A stretch of 64,000 nt of DNA from Nibricoccus sp. (lineage in GTDB: Bacteria; Verrucomicrobiota; Verrucomicrobiia; Opitutales; Opitutaceae): the NCBI GenBank assembly GCA_047602425.1, contig JASGHG010000001.1, positions 3,136,001 to 3,200,000 on the forward strand. Reading direction: 5' to 3'. The notes below the pieces were generated by a model that did no database searches, was not told the DNA's origin, and was given only the letters and a program-made list of their open reading frames with translations. The translations under genes and the position numbers were made by a program. Shown here in pieces: positions 16,895-25,374 of this stretch. The number at the start of each line of letters is the position of its first letter. The first letter of the stretch is position 1.

Positions 16895-17739
16895 GATTGG
16901 CTGGCGGATTGCGGAGCGGGCAGGGGCTTGCGGCTGGAGTTCACAACGTGCAGGGAGAAAAGCGCGGCGATGAAGAGCGTGATGCAGACCCAGGCGAGCC
17001 GCTTCGTGATAAGGAGTCCGCGCCAGCGAAAGCCGAGGGTGGCGGCGTAGGCGAACCAGATTATACCGGTAACAAGTATCTTGAGCCTGAGGTGCTCGAC
17101 GCTGGCGGGGTCCTGGCGGAAATAAACGTACCCGACGGCGAGCGACGCGCTCAGAATGGTCACGCCGGCCGTAAGCAGGCGAACATTGATATGGTCGAGA
17201 TCGACGACCGATGGCAAAAACGAGAAGAGCCCGCGCAAGCGGTGGCGTTGCAGGCTGAAGACCTGAAGCAGGTACATGATCGAGGTGAGCGCAAGCAGCG
17301 CGAAGACGCCGTAGCTGAAAATCGCAAGCGCGGCATGAAACTCAATCCAGGCATTACCGCCAAAAGCGTTGAAGCGGTGAACTGCGTCCCACGTTGGAAT
17401 GAGCAGCGAAACACAGGAAAGTATGGCGGACAGGCAGGCCGTAAAATAGCCCAGCAGGCTGAGGCGGAAAGTCGGGCCGATGACCAGATAGAGTGAAGTC
17501 GCCGACCAGGCGGTGAACTGGAAAATTTCGAATTGGTTGCCAATCGGGCAGCCATGCACAGCGCGACCGCGAAGGCCGAGGCCGTAGGTTTGCAAGGCGA
17601 AGCCGGCGGCGATCAAGAAATACATCCATGCGCGGGAATGGCGACGCTCGCGCAGCAGCGCGACAGTGCCGAGAGTGAAGCCAGCCAGATAGAGGAGGGC
17701 TGCACCCCAAAGCCAGGATCGGTCGATGAGGAAAGACAT
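16891..17739 (-). CDS. ccsA: Cytochrome c assembly (CcsA/HemX-like) membrane protein
   Basis: About 8 TM segments, W..FHAALA.FSYG, LPS...LD, K.......W..YA. Overlaps hemA by 4 nt. Confidence 0.8.
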   Translation of the reverse strand: MSFLIDRSWLWGAALLYLAGFTLGTVALLRERRHSRAWMYFLIAAGFALQTYGLGLRGRAVHGCPIGNQFEIFQFTAWSATSLYLVIGPTFRLSLLGYFTACLSAILSCVSLLIPTWDAVHRFNAFGGNAWIEFHAALAIFSYGVFALLALTSIMYLLQVFSLQRHRLRGLFSFLPSVVDLDHINVRLLTAGVTILSASLAVGYVYFRQDPASVEHLRLKILVTGIIWFAYAATLGFRWRGLLITKRLAWVCITLFIAALFSLHVVNSSRKPLPAPQSASQS

Positions 17740-17832
17740 GTGGACCGACCAGCGTGTTCACGGCCGGGTAAAGCGCAAGTATTGGTAAAGGGCCACGGAG
17801 ATAGGCGCGACGATTCGATTTCCGCCCGCAAC

Positions 17833-17864
17833 AAAAAATCCGCCCCGGGTAAATCCGAGGCGGG
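17833..17864 (-). terminator. Intrinsic terminator after the GH48 gene
   Basis: On the minus strand: CCGCCTCGG-ATTTAC-CCGGGGCGG then ATTTTTT. Confidence 0.75.
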
Positions 17865-17910
17865 CGAGAAGAGCGGAACAAGTTAAAGAGCCGCTGAGGA
17901 GCGAGCTATT

Positions 17911-18680
17911 TTACTGAGATCCATTGGCCTCGAAGTGAGACCAGGGGAAAGAACCGACGTAATGGATGTAGTACTTGCCGTTGATCTTAGCGGGCATGCT
18001 ATTGGACCAACGGTTGGTGTAATTGACACCGTTGATCTCGAGCAGCTGGAGATTCCAGCTGTTGACATAGTTGATGGTGCCCGACGTTTCCCAACAGAAC
18101 TCTCCAGCGCCATCCTTGGCAAAACTGAGCGTGATCGCGACCGGATTGGCGCAGGGCGTGGTTGCAACCGGAGTGACAGTGATGGCCGAAGACGCGGTGA
18201 AGCCGCCGCTTTGCGTAGTGGCGGTGATGGTGGCCGAACCAGCCGCTACACCCGTAACGACGCCCGAACTGTTGACAGTGGCGACGCTGGTGTTGCTGGA
18301 AGACCAGGTGACCGTCTTGTTCGTGGCATTGCTTGGCGAAACCGTGGCGGTCAGCGTGGTGGTGGCACCGACGTTCACCGAAGCGGAAGTCGGGGCAACG
18401 GTCACGCCGGTGACGGGCACGACGACATTGGTGACGGTGATGGCCGAGGAAGCGGTGAAGCCGCCGTCCTGCGTCGTGACGGTGACCATGGTGGAACCGG
18501 CCATGGAACCGGTGACCACGCCGGAATTGCTGACGGATGCAACCGCGGGATTATTCGAAGTCCAAGTGACCGCCTTGTTGGTGGCGTTGCTCGGTGAAAC
18601 CGTTGCGACCAACGTCGTCGTGCTGCCCAGATTCACTGTCGCCGAGGTCGGCGCGACGGTTACGCCGGTGACCGGCACAT
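17911..18680 (-). repeat. Duplicated Ig-Ig-CBM64 tail, copy 1 (copy 2 at about 20877..21650)
   Basis: About 255 C-terminal residues are nearly identical between the GH48 and GH9 proteins; DNA differences are mostly at third codon positions. Confidence 0.9.
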
Positions 18681-20670
18681 TCGTGACAGGAGTGCCGAAG
18701 AAGCGTCCATATTCCGCGTTGGCAATGGCGATGGAAGCCTGCGCCCAGAAACGATGGTACGCTTTTTTGTAATCCGTGCCGCTGTTGTAGGCGGTGACGA
18801 GCGCGGCCCAGTCCGGATCGCTGCGATACTTGGAACGGATGTCGATGAACTTTACGCCAGGTACAATCACATCGCCGTTCGCCATTTTGCCGGACCAGCC
18901 GGTGGGAATATAAACGGTCTGGTCGAAGAAGCGGCGGAAGTCCGCGCGACTCTCCGTCACGGCGACGCCTTTGCCGTTGGGCTCATAATATTTTGTCCAC
19001 ATGCGATCGAGGATCTGTTGAGCGAGATCGCGGGAAGCCGTGTCGAGCGTGCCCCAGCGCTGGGTCGCGGCGGCATAGTAGGTGAAAGTCTGGGCGAGCG
19101 CCGCGGCGATACCCAGGTCGGTGCCATAGCTAGCAACATTGACGTGCAGGCCGGTGTTGGCGGTGGGACTGGCGGGAACCCACGTGTTGGGCGCGCCGCT
19201 CCAGCCGATTTCACTGGGAATCTGAAAACCACCGTCGGACGTGAGCTGAACCACGGATTTGGCCCAAGCGATCCATTTGTCGAGAACGGCCTTGGCGCGG
19301 GCATTGTTCGAGACGTAGTAGTATTCGGCGACGCGTTCCATCGACCAGGCTTGCATGCCGAACCAAGTGTTACTACCCGGGTCGTGATAGACGGGATTTT
19401 CCTGGTAGGCCATGCCATAGAAAGTCGGCGTGCCGGAGGGATACGGATCGTAGTTGCCATTCAAGCTGTTGGTGGCGCCGCCCGCGATCGCGCCTTCTGC
19501 GGACTGCAGCCATTGATAAAACTCGAGCTGGCGGGTCAGGCTTTGACCCCAGTCGCGAGCGCCGTTGGTGGAAGCCGGACGCAGATCCGTCGTGGCACTG
19601 AGCGCGTACGCGGCGAGCGGATTTTGGTAACCGAAATGGTTGTGGCTGCAACCAATTCGCCAGGCCCAACCCTGTGAAGTGAGCGGACCGCCCCAGGCGT
19701 AATACCAGGACAGAAGGTAGTGGGCGCTATTGTAGCCGGTGCCACCGGGGCCGGTCTTGCTCTGCGAACCGATCGGCTTGAAATATTTGTCGAACATGGC
19801 GAGGCGGATGAAGTCGCCCATCTTCGCGGCTTTGGCCACCGGCAGCGTCGTCGCGGGATTCAGGCCCTGATTGCGGGCGAATTGCACACCCCAATAAATC
19901 GCCTGCACCGCGCGGGCGTCGGCGTCCGGCGCGTTGGTGTAACGCCACTGGGCTGCGGGAGCGGAAGTTTCGCTGATAAAGAGCCGGAGAAAGCCCGTGC
20001 CATCGTTGGAACCCCATTTGAAATTTTCCCAACTGGGATGAGGAACCGTTTCCCAGACGGACTCCTGCTCGCCGCGTTGAAACGTATTGATGTAGGAAGG
20101 CGTGCTGACGCCATCGCCCTTTTTGCCATAACCGTAGAAGTTATCGCAATCGAAGAGCCAGTGCATGCCATAGATATTCGATCCATAGGCGGCGGTGAGA
20201 TCGGGCGAGACCGGATCGACGCCGACAGGCACCGTGCTTTCCAATGGCGATGGGTAGTTGTTCGGTAGCGGGAATTCCCGCGCGAACGTCGCTGGGGCAT
20301 TCGGATTGTAGCTGCCGGTGGTTGGCTGGAGATCGGAGGTGGGAATCGCATACGCCTCCATCTTGGTCCAGGCATTGTTGAGCGGGGTCCAGTTGCCGGT
20401 GATTCTTCCGTTCATAACCTCAAGCCAGAGCCAATACGAATAGGCCTCGCTGGTGGTTTCATGGCCGTGGTCGGGCGCTTCGCAAATCAACGTCTCCACG
20501 CTATGATAGGGGACGCCATCCTTGCTGAAATAACCATTGGCGGGGTTTACGATTTTTGCGCGCAAATCGAGAAAGCGCTGTTCATAGGTGTTTTGTTGCG
20601 AGAAGGCTGTGGAGCCGACGATGCAGGCGAGGCCCAGCGTGGCCGCCAGGGTGCGCAGATATTTTTTCAT
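17911..20670 (-). CDS. Secreted GH48 cellobiohydrolase with two Ig-like (Big_2) domains and a C-terminal CBM64-like module
   Basis: Signal peptide; [68 protein letters not shown] (GH48); two [19 protein letters not shown] repeats; tail DGAGEFCW...[21 protein letters not shown]...YYIHY...WSHFE. Confidence 0.95.
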   Translation of the reverse strand: MKKYLRTLAATLGLACIVGSTAFSQQNTYEQRFLDLRAKIVNPANGYFSKDGVPYHSVETLICEAPDHGHETTSEAYSYWLWLEVMNGRITGNWTPLNNAWTKMEAYAIPTSDLQPTTGSYNPNAPATFAREFPLPNNYPSPLESTVPVGVDPVSPDLTAAYGSNIYGMHWLFDCDNFYGYGKKGDGVSTPSYINTFQRGEQESVWETVPHPSWENFKWGSNDGTGFLRLFISETSAPAAQWRYTNAPDADARAVQAIYWGVQFARNQGLNPATTLPVAKAAKMGDFIRLAMFDKYFKPIGSQSKTGPGGTGYNSAHYLLSWYYAWGGPLTSQGWAWRIGCSHNHFGYQNPLAAYALSATTDLRPASTNGARDWGQSLTRQLEFYQWLQSAEGAIAGGATNSLNGNYDPYPSGTPTFYGMAYQENPVYHDPGSNTWFGMQAWSMERVAEYYYVSNNARAKAVLDKWIAWAKSVVQLTSDGGFQIPSEIGWSGAPNTWVPASPTANTGLHVNVASYGTDLGIAAALAQTFTYYAAATQRWGTLDTASRDLAQQILDRMWTKYYEPNGKGVAVTESRADFRRFFDQTVYIPTGWSGKMANGDVIVPGVKFIDIRSKYRSDPDWAALVTAYNSGTDYKKAYHRFWAQASIAIANAEYGRFFGTPVTNVPVTGVTVAPTSATVNLGSTTTLVATVSPSNATNKAVTWTSNNPAVASVSNSGVVTGSMAGSTMVTVTTQDGGFTASSAITVTNVVVPVTGVTVAPTSASVNVGATTTLTATVSPSNATNKTVTWSSSNTSVATVNSSGVVTGVAAGSATITATTQSGGFTASSAITVTPVATTPCANPVAITLSFAKDGAGEFCWETSGTINYVNSWNLQLLEINGVNYTNRWSNSMPAKINGKYYIHYVGSFPWSHFEANGSQ

Positions 20671-20803
20671 AACAGCTATCAGTTGATGGTTAGTGATAAG
20701 GTGTGGTTGCACCGCGTATATGAGGCGGCCCGCAGCACCCGTTGTCGCCAGAGGGAAGGCCGAACGAGTCGGCACGGAAAATTTTCAAAACGGGAACCCC
20801 AAT

Positions 20804-20831
20804 GCCCGCCCCGGGAAAATCCGAGGCGGGC
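20804..20831 (-). other. Stem-loop between GH9 and GH48, paralogous to the 17833 terminator but lacking a U-tract
   Basis: Minus strand GCCCGCCTCGG-ATTTTC-CCGGGGCGGGC followed by ATTGGGG. Confidence 0.65.
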
Positions 20832-20876
20832 GGGAACGGGAAACGTTTTTATAACTCGCGCAGGAGCGAGGCGTTT

Positions 20877-21650
20877 TTACTGAGAGCCATTGGCCTCGAA
20901 GTGAGACCAGGGGAAAGAACCGACATAGTGGATGTAGTACTTGCCGTTGATCTTCGCGGGCATGCTATTGGACCAACGATTGGTGTAATTGACGCCGTTG
21001 ATCTCGAGCAGCTGGAGATTCCAGCTGTTGACGTAGTTGATGGTGCCCGACGTTTCCCAACAGAACTCTCCAGCGCCATCCTTGGCAAAACTGAGCGTGA
21101 TCGCGACCGGATTGGAGCAAGGCGTGGTTGCAACCGGAGTCACGGTGATGGCCGAAGAGGCGGTGAAGCCGCCGCTTTGCGTGGTGGCGGTGATGGTAGC
21201 CGAACCAGCCGCTACACTTGTAACGACGCCCGAACTGTTGACAGTGGCGACACTGGTGTTGCTGGAAGACCAGGTGACGGTCTTGTTGGTGGCATTGCTC
21301 GGCGAAACGGTCGCGGTCAACGTGGTGGTGGCGCCAACGTTTACCGAAGCGGAAGTCGGGGAAACGGTCACACCGGTGACGGGCACGACAACATTGGTGA
21401 CGGTGATCGCTGAGGAAGCGGTGAAGCCGCCATCCTGCGTCGTGACGGTGACCATGGTGGAGCCGGCCATGGAACCGGTGACCACGCCGGAATTGCTGAC
21501 GGACGCGACGGCAGGATTATTCGAAGTCCAAGTGACGGCCTTGTTCGTGGCAGTGCTCGGTGAAACGGTTGCGACCAACGTCGTCGTGTTGCCCAGATTC
21601 ACGGTCGCCGACGTCGGCGCGACGCTGACTCCTGTCACAGGAACGTTGAC
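20877..21650 (-). repeat. Duplicated Ig-Ig-CBM64 tail, copy 2
   Basis: Near-identical to 17911..18680. Confidence 0.9.
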
Positions 21651-23573
21651 GACGGGCGAGGGTGTCTGGCCCCAGACCAACGTACCGTTCACATAAAGCG
21701 GAATATTATTCGTATTCTTTAAAGTGCCATCAAGACCCTGATACGACCAGTCGTTGGTTGGGCTCCACGCAGCGGCCGGAGCTTCGTAGGGCAACCTGAC
21801 GCGGATTTGGGCCTCCTTGGTGGATTCGCCCTGGCCGCCCGGCCAGATGTCGACGCTCGATTGGAAAATTACCTCTGTGTAATAGATGTTGTTGGCTGCA
21901 TCCCACGGTTGCAATTGGGTGAACGTCACGTAGGCATTGTTGGCTGAAACGACATAGCTGCTCGCCGTATAGCCTGCGGCGAGGCCTTCGCTAATGTTCA
22001 CGAATATACGGAATTTATATTGGCTTGCCGTCCGGGCCGGCCACGCCGTGTGGTTGTTCACCCAGACAGAATATTCGGTGTAGGTGGTTCCCGAACCATT
22101 AAGCCGAGCCTGAACGGTGAATTCTTCGCTCGGCGTTTCCGCGACCGGGAAGTTCGCGAGAGGAGTCCCACCAAAATCCTGGACAAGTTTTGCCAAGGCT
22201 CCGGAAAACAGAGCGTTATAATCGCAGGCGACTTCGTTTTTAGTATAGTCGCCCCGTGAATCGGCGTAGGAATCGTCCGAGCCCGGTCCGCCGACAAGCG
22301 CGCCGTAGAGGATATGGCGGGTGTTGGATGGAGGGCCGTTCAAATTGTTGGCCCAAGCGCCATGCGCCGTCCGGTGGTGAGGGTTGACGGGTGGATTGGT
22401 GCCGAAGCCGCAGACATAGCTGCGGTTTTGCGGATTGCTGCCGAGAATATACTTAATCTGATTGACGGCGAAATTGTAGTATTTTGTCGCCTTGGCGGTG
22501 GTTGTTGCAACGGGTTGATAGTACAAAGCGACAAAGGCCGTATTCGCCGCGTAACGCAGCGAGCCCCATTGATCCAGCCACGCCAGCCCGCCCGGTGTGT
22601 AGGTGATGCGGGAGCCATTGTAGCCGTCGGTCCAATAGTCGAGGTTCCGCTCCGCATCGGTTTTGTACTGCGCCTTGCCAGTCAAGCGGGCGAGCAGGGC
22701 ATAGCAGCCGTAGGACTTGTCATCCCAGCCAAGTCCCCAGCGATAGGACTTAGTCGTGGATTGTGGTTCGGTTCCGAGATTGGCATAGTAGGACTCGGCC
22801 TTGGCGAGATAGGTGGCATCGCCAGTGGCGCGATAGAGCCAGATCGCGCCCCAGACCAACTCGTCGTTGTAACCGCTGTAGGAATTATAGTAACCGGCCG
22901 CGTCAGTAATGGCGCCGGTGTATACGCCGCGATAGGTATCGGCGAAACTATATAGTTGTTTTGCGTGGTTCAGGAGGGTGGCGCTATAGGTCGGATCGTC
23001 GGAAGCGAAGACCATGCTTGCGGCGGCCATGGCGGCGGCGGTCTCCGCAGCCAGGTCCGAGCCGGGATGGGCCGCATCGATTTTATAGGCGGGACGGGTC
23101 ATTCGCATCACCTCACAAGATCCCCACCAAGCATGATCCGTCCCGCCATTGCCGACCTGCCCCCATAGTTCGTTGGGCGCAGTGTGACAGCGTATAAAAT
23201 AATCGTTCACGAAACGCAGATTGTTTTTCAAATACTGCAATTGCCCTGAGGAAGTGTAGCCCGATGAGAAATCGATCGCGCCCCACGCCAGACAGGTGGC
23301 GGAAAATGCCATGGGGAAACCGAACTTCACATGGTCGCCCGCATCGTACCAGCCGCCCGTGAGGTTGAGGCCGACGTCGGAACCATCGGCGAGCGCGGAA
23401 TTCGCGCGCCAAGTGACACGATGGGTGGACGGCAAGGTGCCCGAACGCTGGGCCTCGTAAAAGAACATCGATTTCTGAAGCGCCTCGGCATAATTGTAAC
23501 TTTGCGCGGTGACTTGTACAAATGTGGCCACGAACAAGCAAAAGGCCACCAGCCTCTTAGTATATGTCTTCAT
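20877..23573 (-). CDS. Secreted GH9 endoglucanase with CBM3c, two Ig-like (Big_2) domains and a CBM64-like module
   Basis: Signal peptide; YNYAEALQKSMFFYEAQRSG, GGWYDAGDHVKFGFPMA, WGSLRYAAN, PHHRTAH, GALVGGP, NEVACDYNA (GH9); CBM3-like EEFTVQAR...NHTAWPAR...WPGGQ...EAQIR...W.PTNDWSY; same tail as the GH48. Confidence 0.95.
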   Translation of the reverse strand: MKTYTKRLVAFCLFVATFVQVTAQSYNYAEALQKSMFFYEAQRSGTLPSTHRVTWRANSALADGSDVGLNLTGGWYDAGDHVKFGFPMAFSATCLAWGAIDFSSGYTSSGQLQYLKNNLRFVNDYFIRCHTAPNELWGQVGNGGTDHAWWGSCEVMRMTRPAYKIDAAHPGSDLAAETAAAMAAASMVFASDDPTYSATLLNHAKQLYSFADTYRGVYTGAITDAAGYYNSYSGYNDELVWGAIWLYRATGDATYLAKAESYYANLGTEPQSTTKSYRWGLGWDDKSYGCYALLARLTGKAQYKTDAERNLDYWTDGYNGSRITYTPGGLAWLDQWGSLRYAANTAFVALYYQPVATTTAKATKYYNFAVNQIKYILGSNPQNRSYVCGFGTNPPVNPHHRTAHGAWANNLNGPPSNTRHILYGALVGGPGSDDSYADSRGDYTKNEVACDYNALFSGALAKLVQDFGGTPLANFPVAETPSEEFTVQARLNGSGTTYTEYSVWVNNHTAWPARTASQYKFRIFVNISEGLAAGYTASSYVVSANNAYVTFTQLQPWDAANNIYYTEVIFQSSVDIWPGGQGESTKEAQIRVRLPYEAPAAAWSPTNDWSYQGLDGTLKNTNNIPLYVNGTLVWGQTPSPVVNVPVTGVSVAPTSATVNLGNTTTLVATVSPSTATNKAVTWTSNNPAVASVSNSGVVTGSMAGSTMVTVTTQDGGFTASSAITVTNVVVPVTGVTVSPTSASVNVGATTTLTATVSPSNATNKTVTWSSSNTSVATVNSSGVVTSVAAGSATITATTQSGGFTASSAITVTPVATTPCSNPVAITLSFAKDGAGEFCWETSGTINYVNSWNLQLLEINGVNYTNRWSNSMPAKINGKYYIHYVGSFPWSHFEANGSQ

Positions 23574-23868
23574 GACTAACGGGGGTTGAGGGTTGTATAA
23601 TCCGCAGACGGTTTGTTGGGAAACCCACAACAGGAACGGCCAAAGCAAAATGGTCACTCCCCCGCCATGCTAGATCATGAACGTGTCCTCTTTGAGCAAT
23701 CCGTCAAAAGGCATTCCAGTCTGTCGTTAGAGCAAAGTGTTTTATTACCTGACAATAAAATTATATAACGCACCGCACACTCGTACGATGGCGCTGCGTT
23801 TCAGACAATATACAACCGGCGCTTTCCATCGCTGCGCGCTGCCGGCGCCGAGAAAGGCGCATCCCGAT

Positions 23869-24753
23869 TCAGGGTTTGTTCGCGGCGGTCGGGCCGAGGC
23901 GCTTCAACGCTTCACGCGCGCGATCGAACGCGGGATTAAGCCGAAGGGTTTCCTCGTAGTGTGAGCAGGCTTCGGCGTTGACGCCTTTTTTTTCCAGAAT
24001 TTGTGCCAGGCGCCAGTGAGCGGCCCAGAGCGGCGGTTCGCCGGACTTGGGGGTGTAGGCGACGTACTCTTTCAACGCGTTTTCTCCCTCGTCGAGATGC
24101 AGATCAGTCATGGCTGCGAGCCGTCCGTATTGGTAGAGCACGACTTGATTGCTGGGAAATTTCTTTCGCAAGTCGTCTAGAATCGCGAAGGCTTCATCCG
24201 GTTTCTTTTCCTTGAGCTTGATGTCCGTGCGAAGGCCCGCGCCCTGGACGGGATCGCGTTTTTCGATTTCGGCAATCTCTGCGACTGCCTTGTCCATGCC
24301 TCCACCGACTATCGAGGGAGCCGCGCGATAGAATTCGTATCGGGATTTTCGATACTCGACGTTGTCGGGCGCAAGCGCGACCGCGCGGTCGTAGGCGGCA
24401 AGACACTTCTTGGCGAGGCCCATCTGGGAAAAGATCGACGCTTTCTGCGCGGAAACGCCATAGGCATCGCCGAGCTGGTGGAAATAGCGTGGCTGGTTCG
24501 CATCGCCGGCGGTTGCTTTTTCAAGATAGCGCACGGCGGCCTCGTGGTCTTTCAAGTTCAGAGCCGTGAGGCCGAGCCAGTAGTTGAGTTCCGCATCATT
24601 GGGCTCGGCGACGGCGAGTTTTTCGAAAAGGGCCTTAGCCTCGGTCAACTGGCGTTTCTGAAAAAGCTGTTTGCCATTGTCCAGCGCGGCCGGGTCGTAG
24701 GCGAACACGGAGGTTGTCAGGACGAAGAAAAGCAGTGTCGGTCTGAGAGGCAT
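23869..24753 (-). CDS. Exported tetratricopeptide repeat protein
   Basis: Signal peptide MPLRPTLLFFVLTTSVFA, then TPR-like helices (P.DAELNYWLG, AP.IVGGG.DKA, AHWRLAQILEKKG). Confidence 0.85.
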   Translation of the reverse strand: MPLRPTLLFFVLTTSVFAYDPAALDNGKQLFQKRQLTEAKALFEKLAVAEPNDAELNYWLGLTALNLKDHEAAVRYLEKATAGDANQPRYFHQLGDAYGVSAQKASIFSQMGLAKKCLAAYDRAVALAPDNVEYRKSRYEFYRAAPSIVGGGMDKAVAEIAEIEKRDPVQGAGLRTDIKLKEKKPDEAFAILDDLRKKFPSNQVVLYQYGRLAAMTDLHLDEGENALKEYVAYTPKSGEPPLWAAHWRLAQILEKKGVNAEACSHYEETLRLNPAFDRAREALKRLGPTAANKP

Positions 24754-24811
24754 GGAGGTGAGGGCGGAAAAGGAGCGGCGAGTTTGTCGACAGTGAGGCG
24801 CAGACTTTTGT

Positions 24812-25312
24812 TCAAAACAAAAGCTCCATATAAACGACATCCAGCCAGCGATCGCACTTGAAGCCGACTTGTTTCAAATGGGCGACTTTCTGAAAACCGA
24901 ATTTCGAATGCAGCGCGATGCTGCCAGCCTGTTCGCTGTCGATGCCGGCGATGATCGTGTGATGACCCAAGGCCTTCGCGCGTGCGACGAGATCACCGAG
25001 GATTGCGGTGCCGATGCCTTGAGCCTGATGCTGGTGGTGGACATAGACAGAGTTTTCGACCGTGAAGCGATAAGCCGAGCGGGCATGGAATTTCGAGAGC
25101 GATCCCCAACCGACGATCCGTCCGTCTATGCACGCGACCGTAACAGGATAGTTTCCCCCGTGTTGCTCGAACCATTTTCGGCGGTCGTCCAGCGATTCGG
25201 GAACCTCCTGATAGGTGCAAACGGAATTTAAAACGTAGTGGTTGTAAATATCGTTGATCACACCGAGGTCGGCGGCGGTCGCTTCGCGTATCGCACAGGG
25301 TGACTTATTCAT
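24812..25312 (-). CDS. GNAT N-acetyltransferase (phosphinothricin/methionine sulfoximine acetyltransferase family)
   Basis: IYNHYV, RSAYRFTVENSVYV, QGIG, SIALHSKFGF, VGFK..RWLDV. Confidence 0.92.
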   Translation of the reverse strand: MNKSPCAIREATAADLGVINDIYNHYVLNSVCTYQEVPESLDDRRKWFEQHGGNYPVTVACIDGRIVGWGSLSKFHARSAYRFTVENSVYVHHQHQAQGIGTAILGDLVARAKALGHHTIIAGIDSEQAGSIALHSKFGFQKVAHLKQVGFKCDRWLDVVYMELLF

Positions 25313-25374
25313 GCAATCATCGTTGGGAGTTTACCGGCGGGACGAAAGTCCGAAGCGAACAAAATGCCGAGAAG

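Noticed and set aside
20839..20850. LacI-like operator GGAAACGTTTTT between GH9 and GH48
   Set aside because: Only an 8-bp palindrome, lying in the 3' UTR before the hairpin; compatible with chance.
17935..21696. Duplicated plus-strand ORFs (17935..18597/20742..21413 and 18071..18772/21037..21696)
   Set aside because: They are antisense shadows of the duplicated Thr/Val-rich Ig-CBM tail.
17911..23573. Cellulosome or T9SS interpretation of the cellulases
   Set aside because: No dockerin duplicated Ca-binding repeats, cohesin, scaffoldin or T9SS C-terminal domain; both proteins end at the CBM64-like module.
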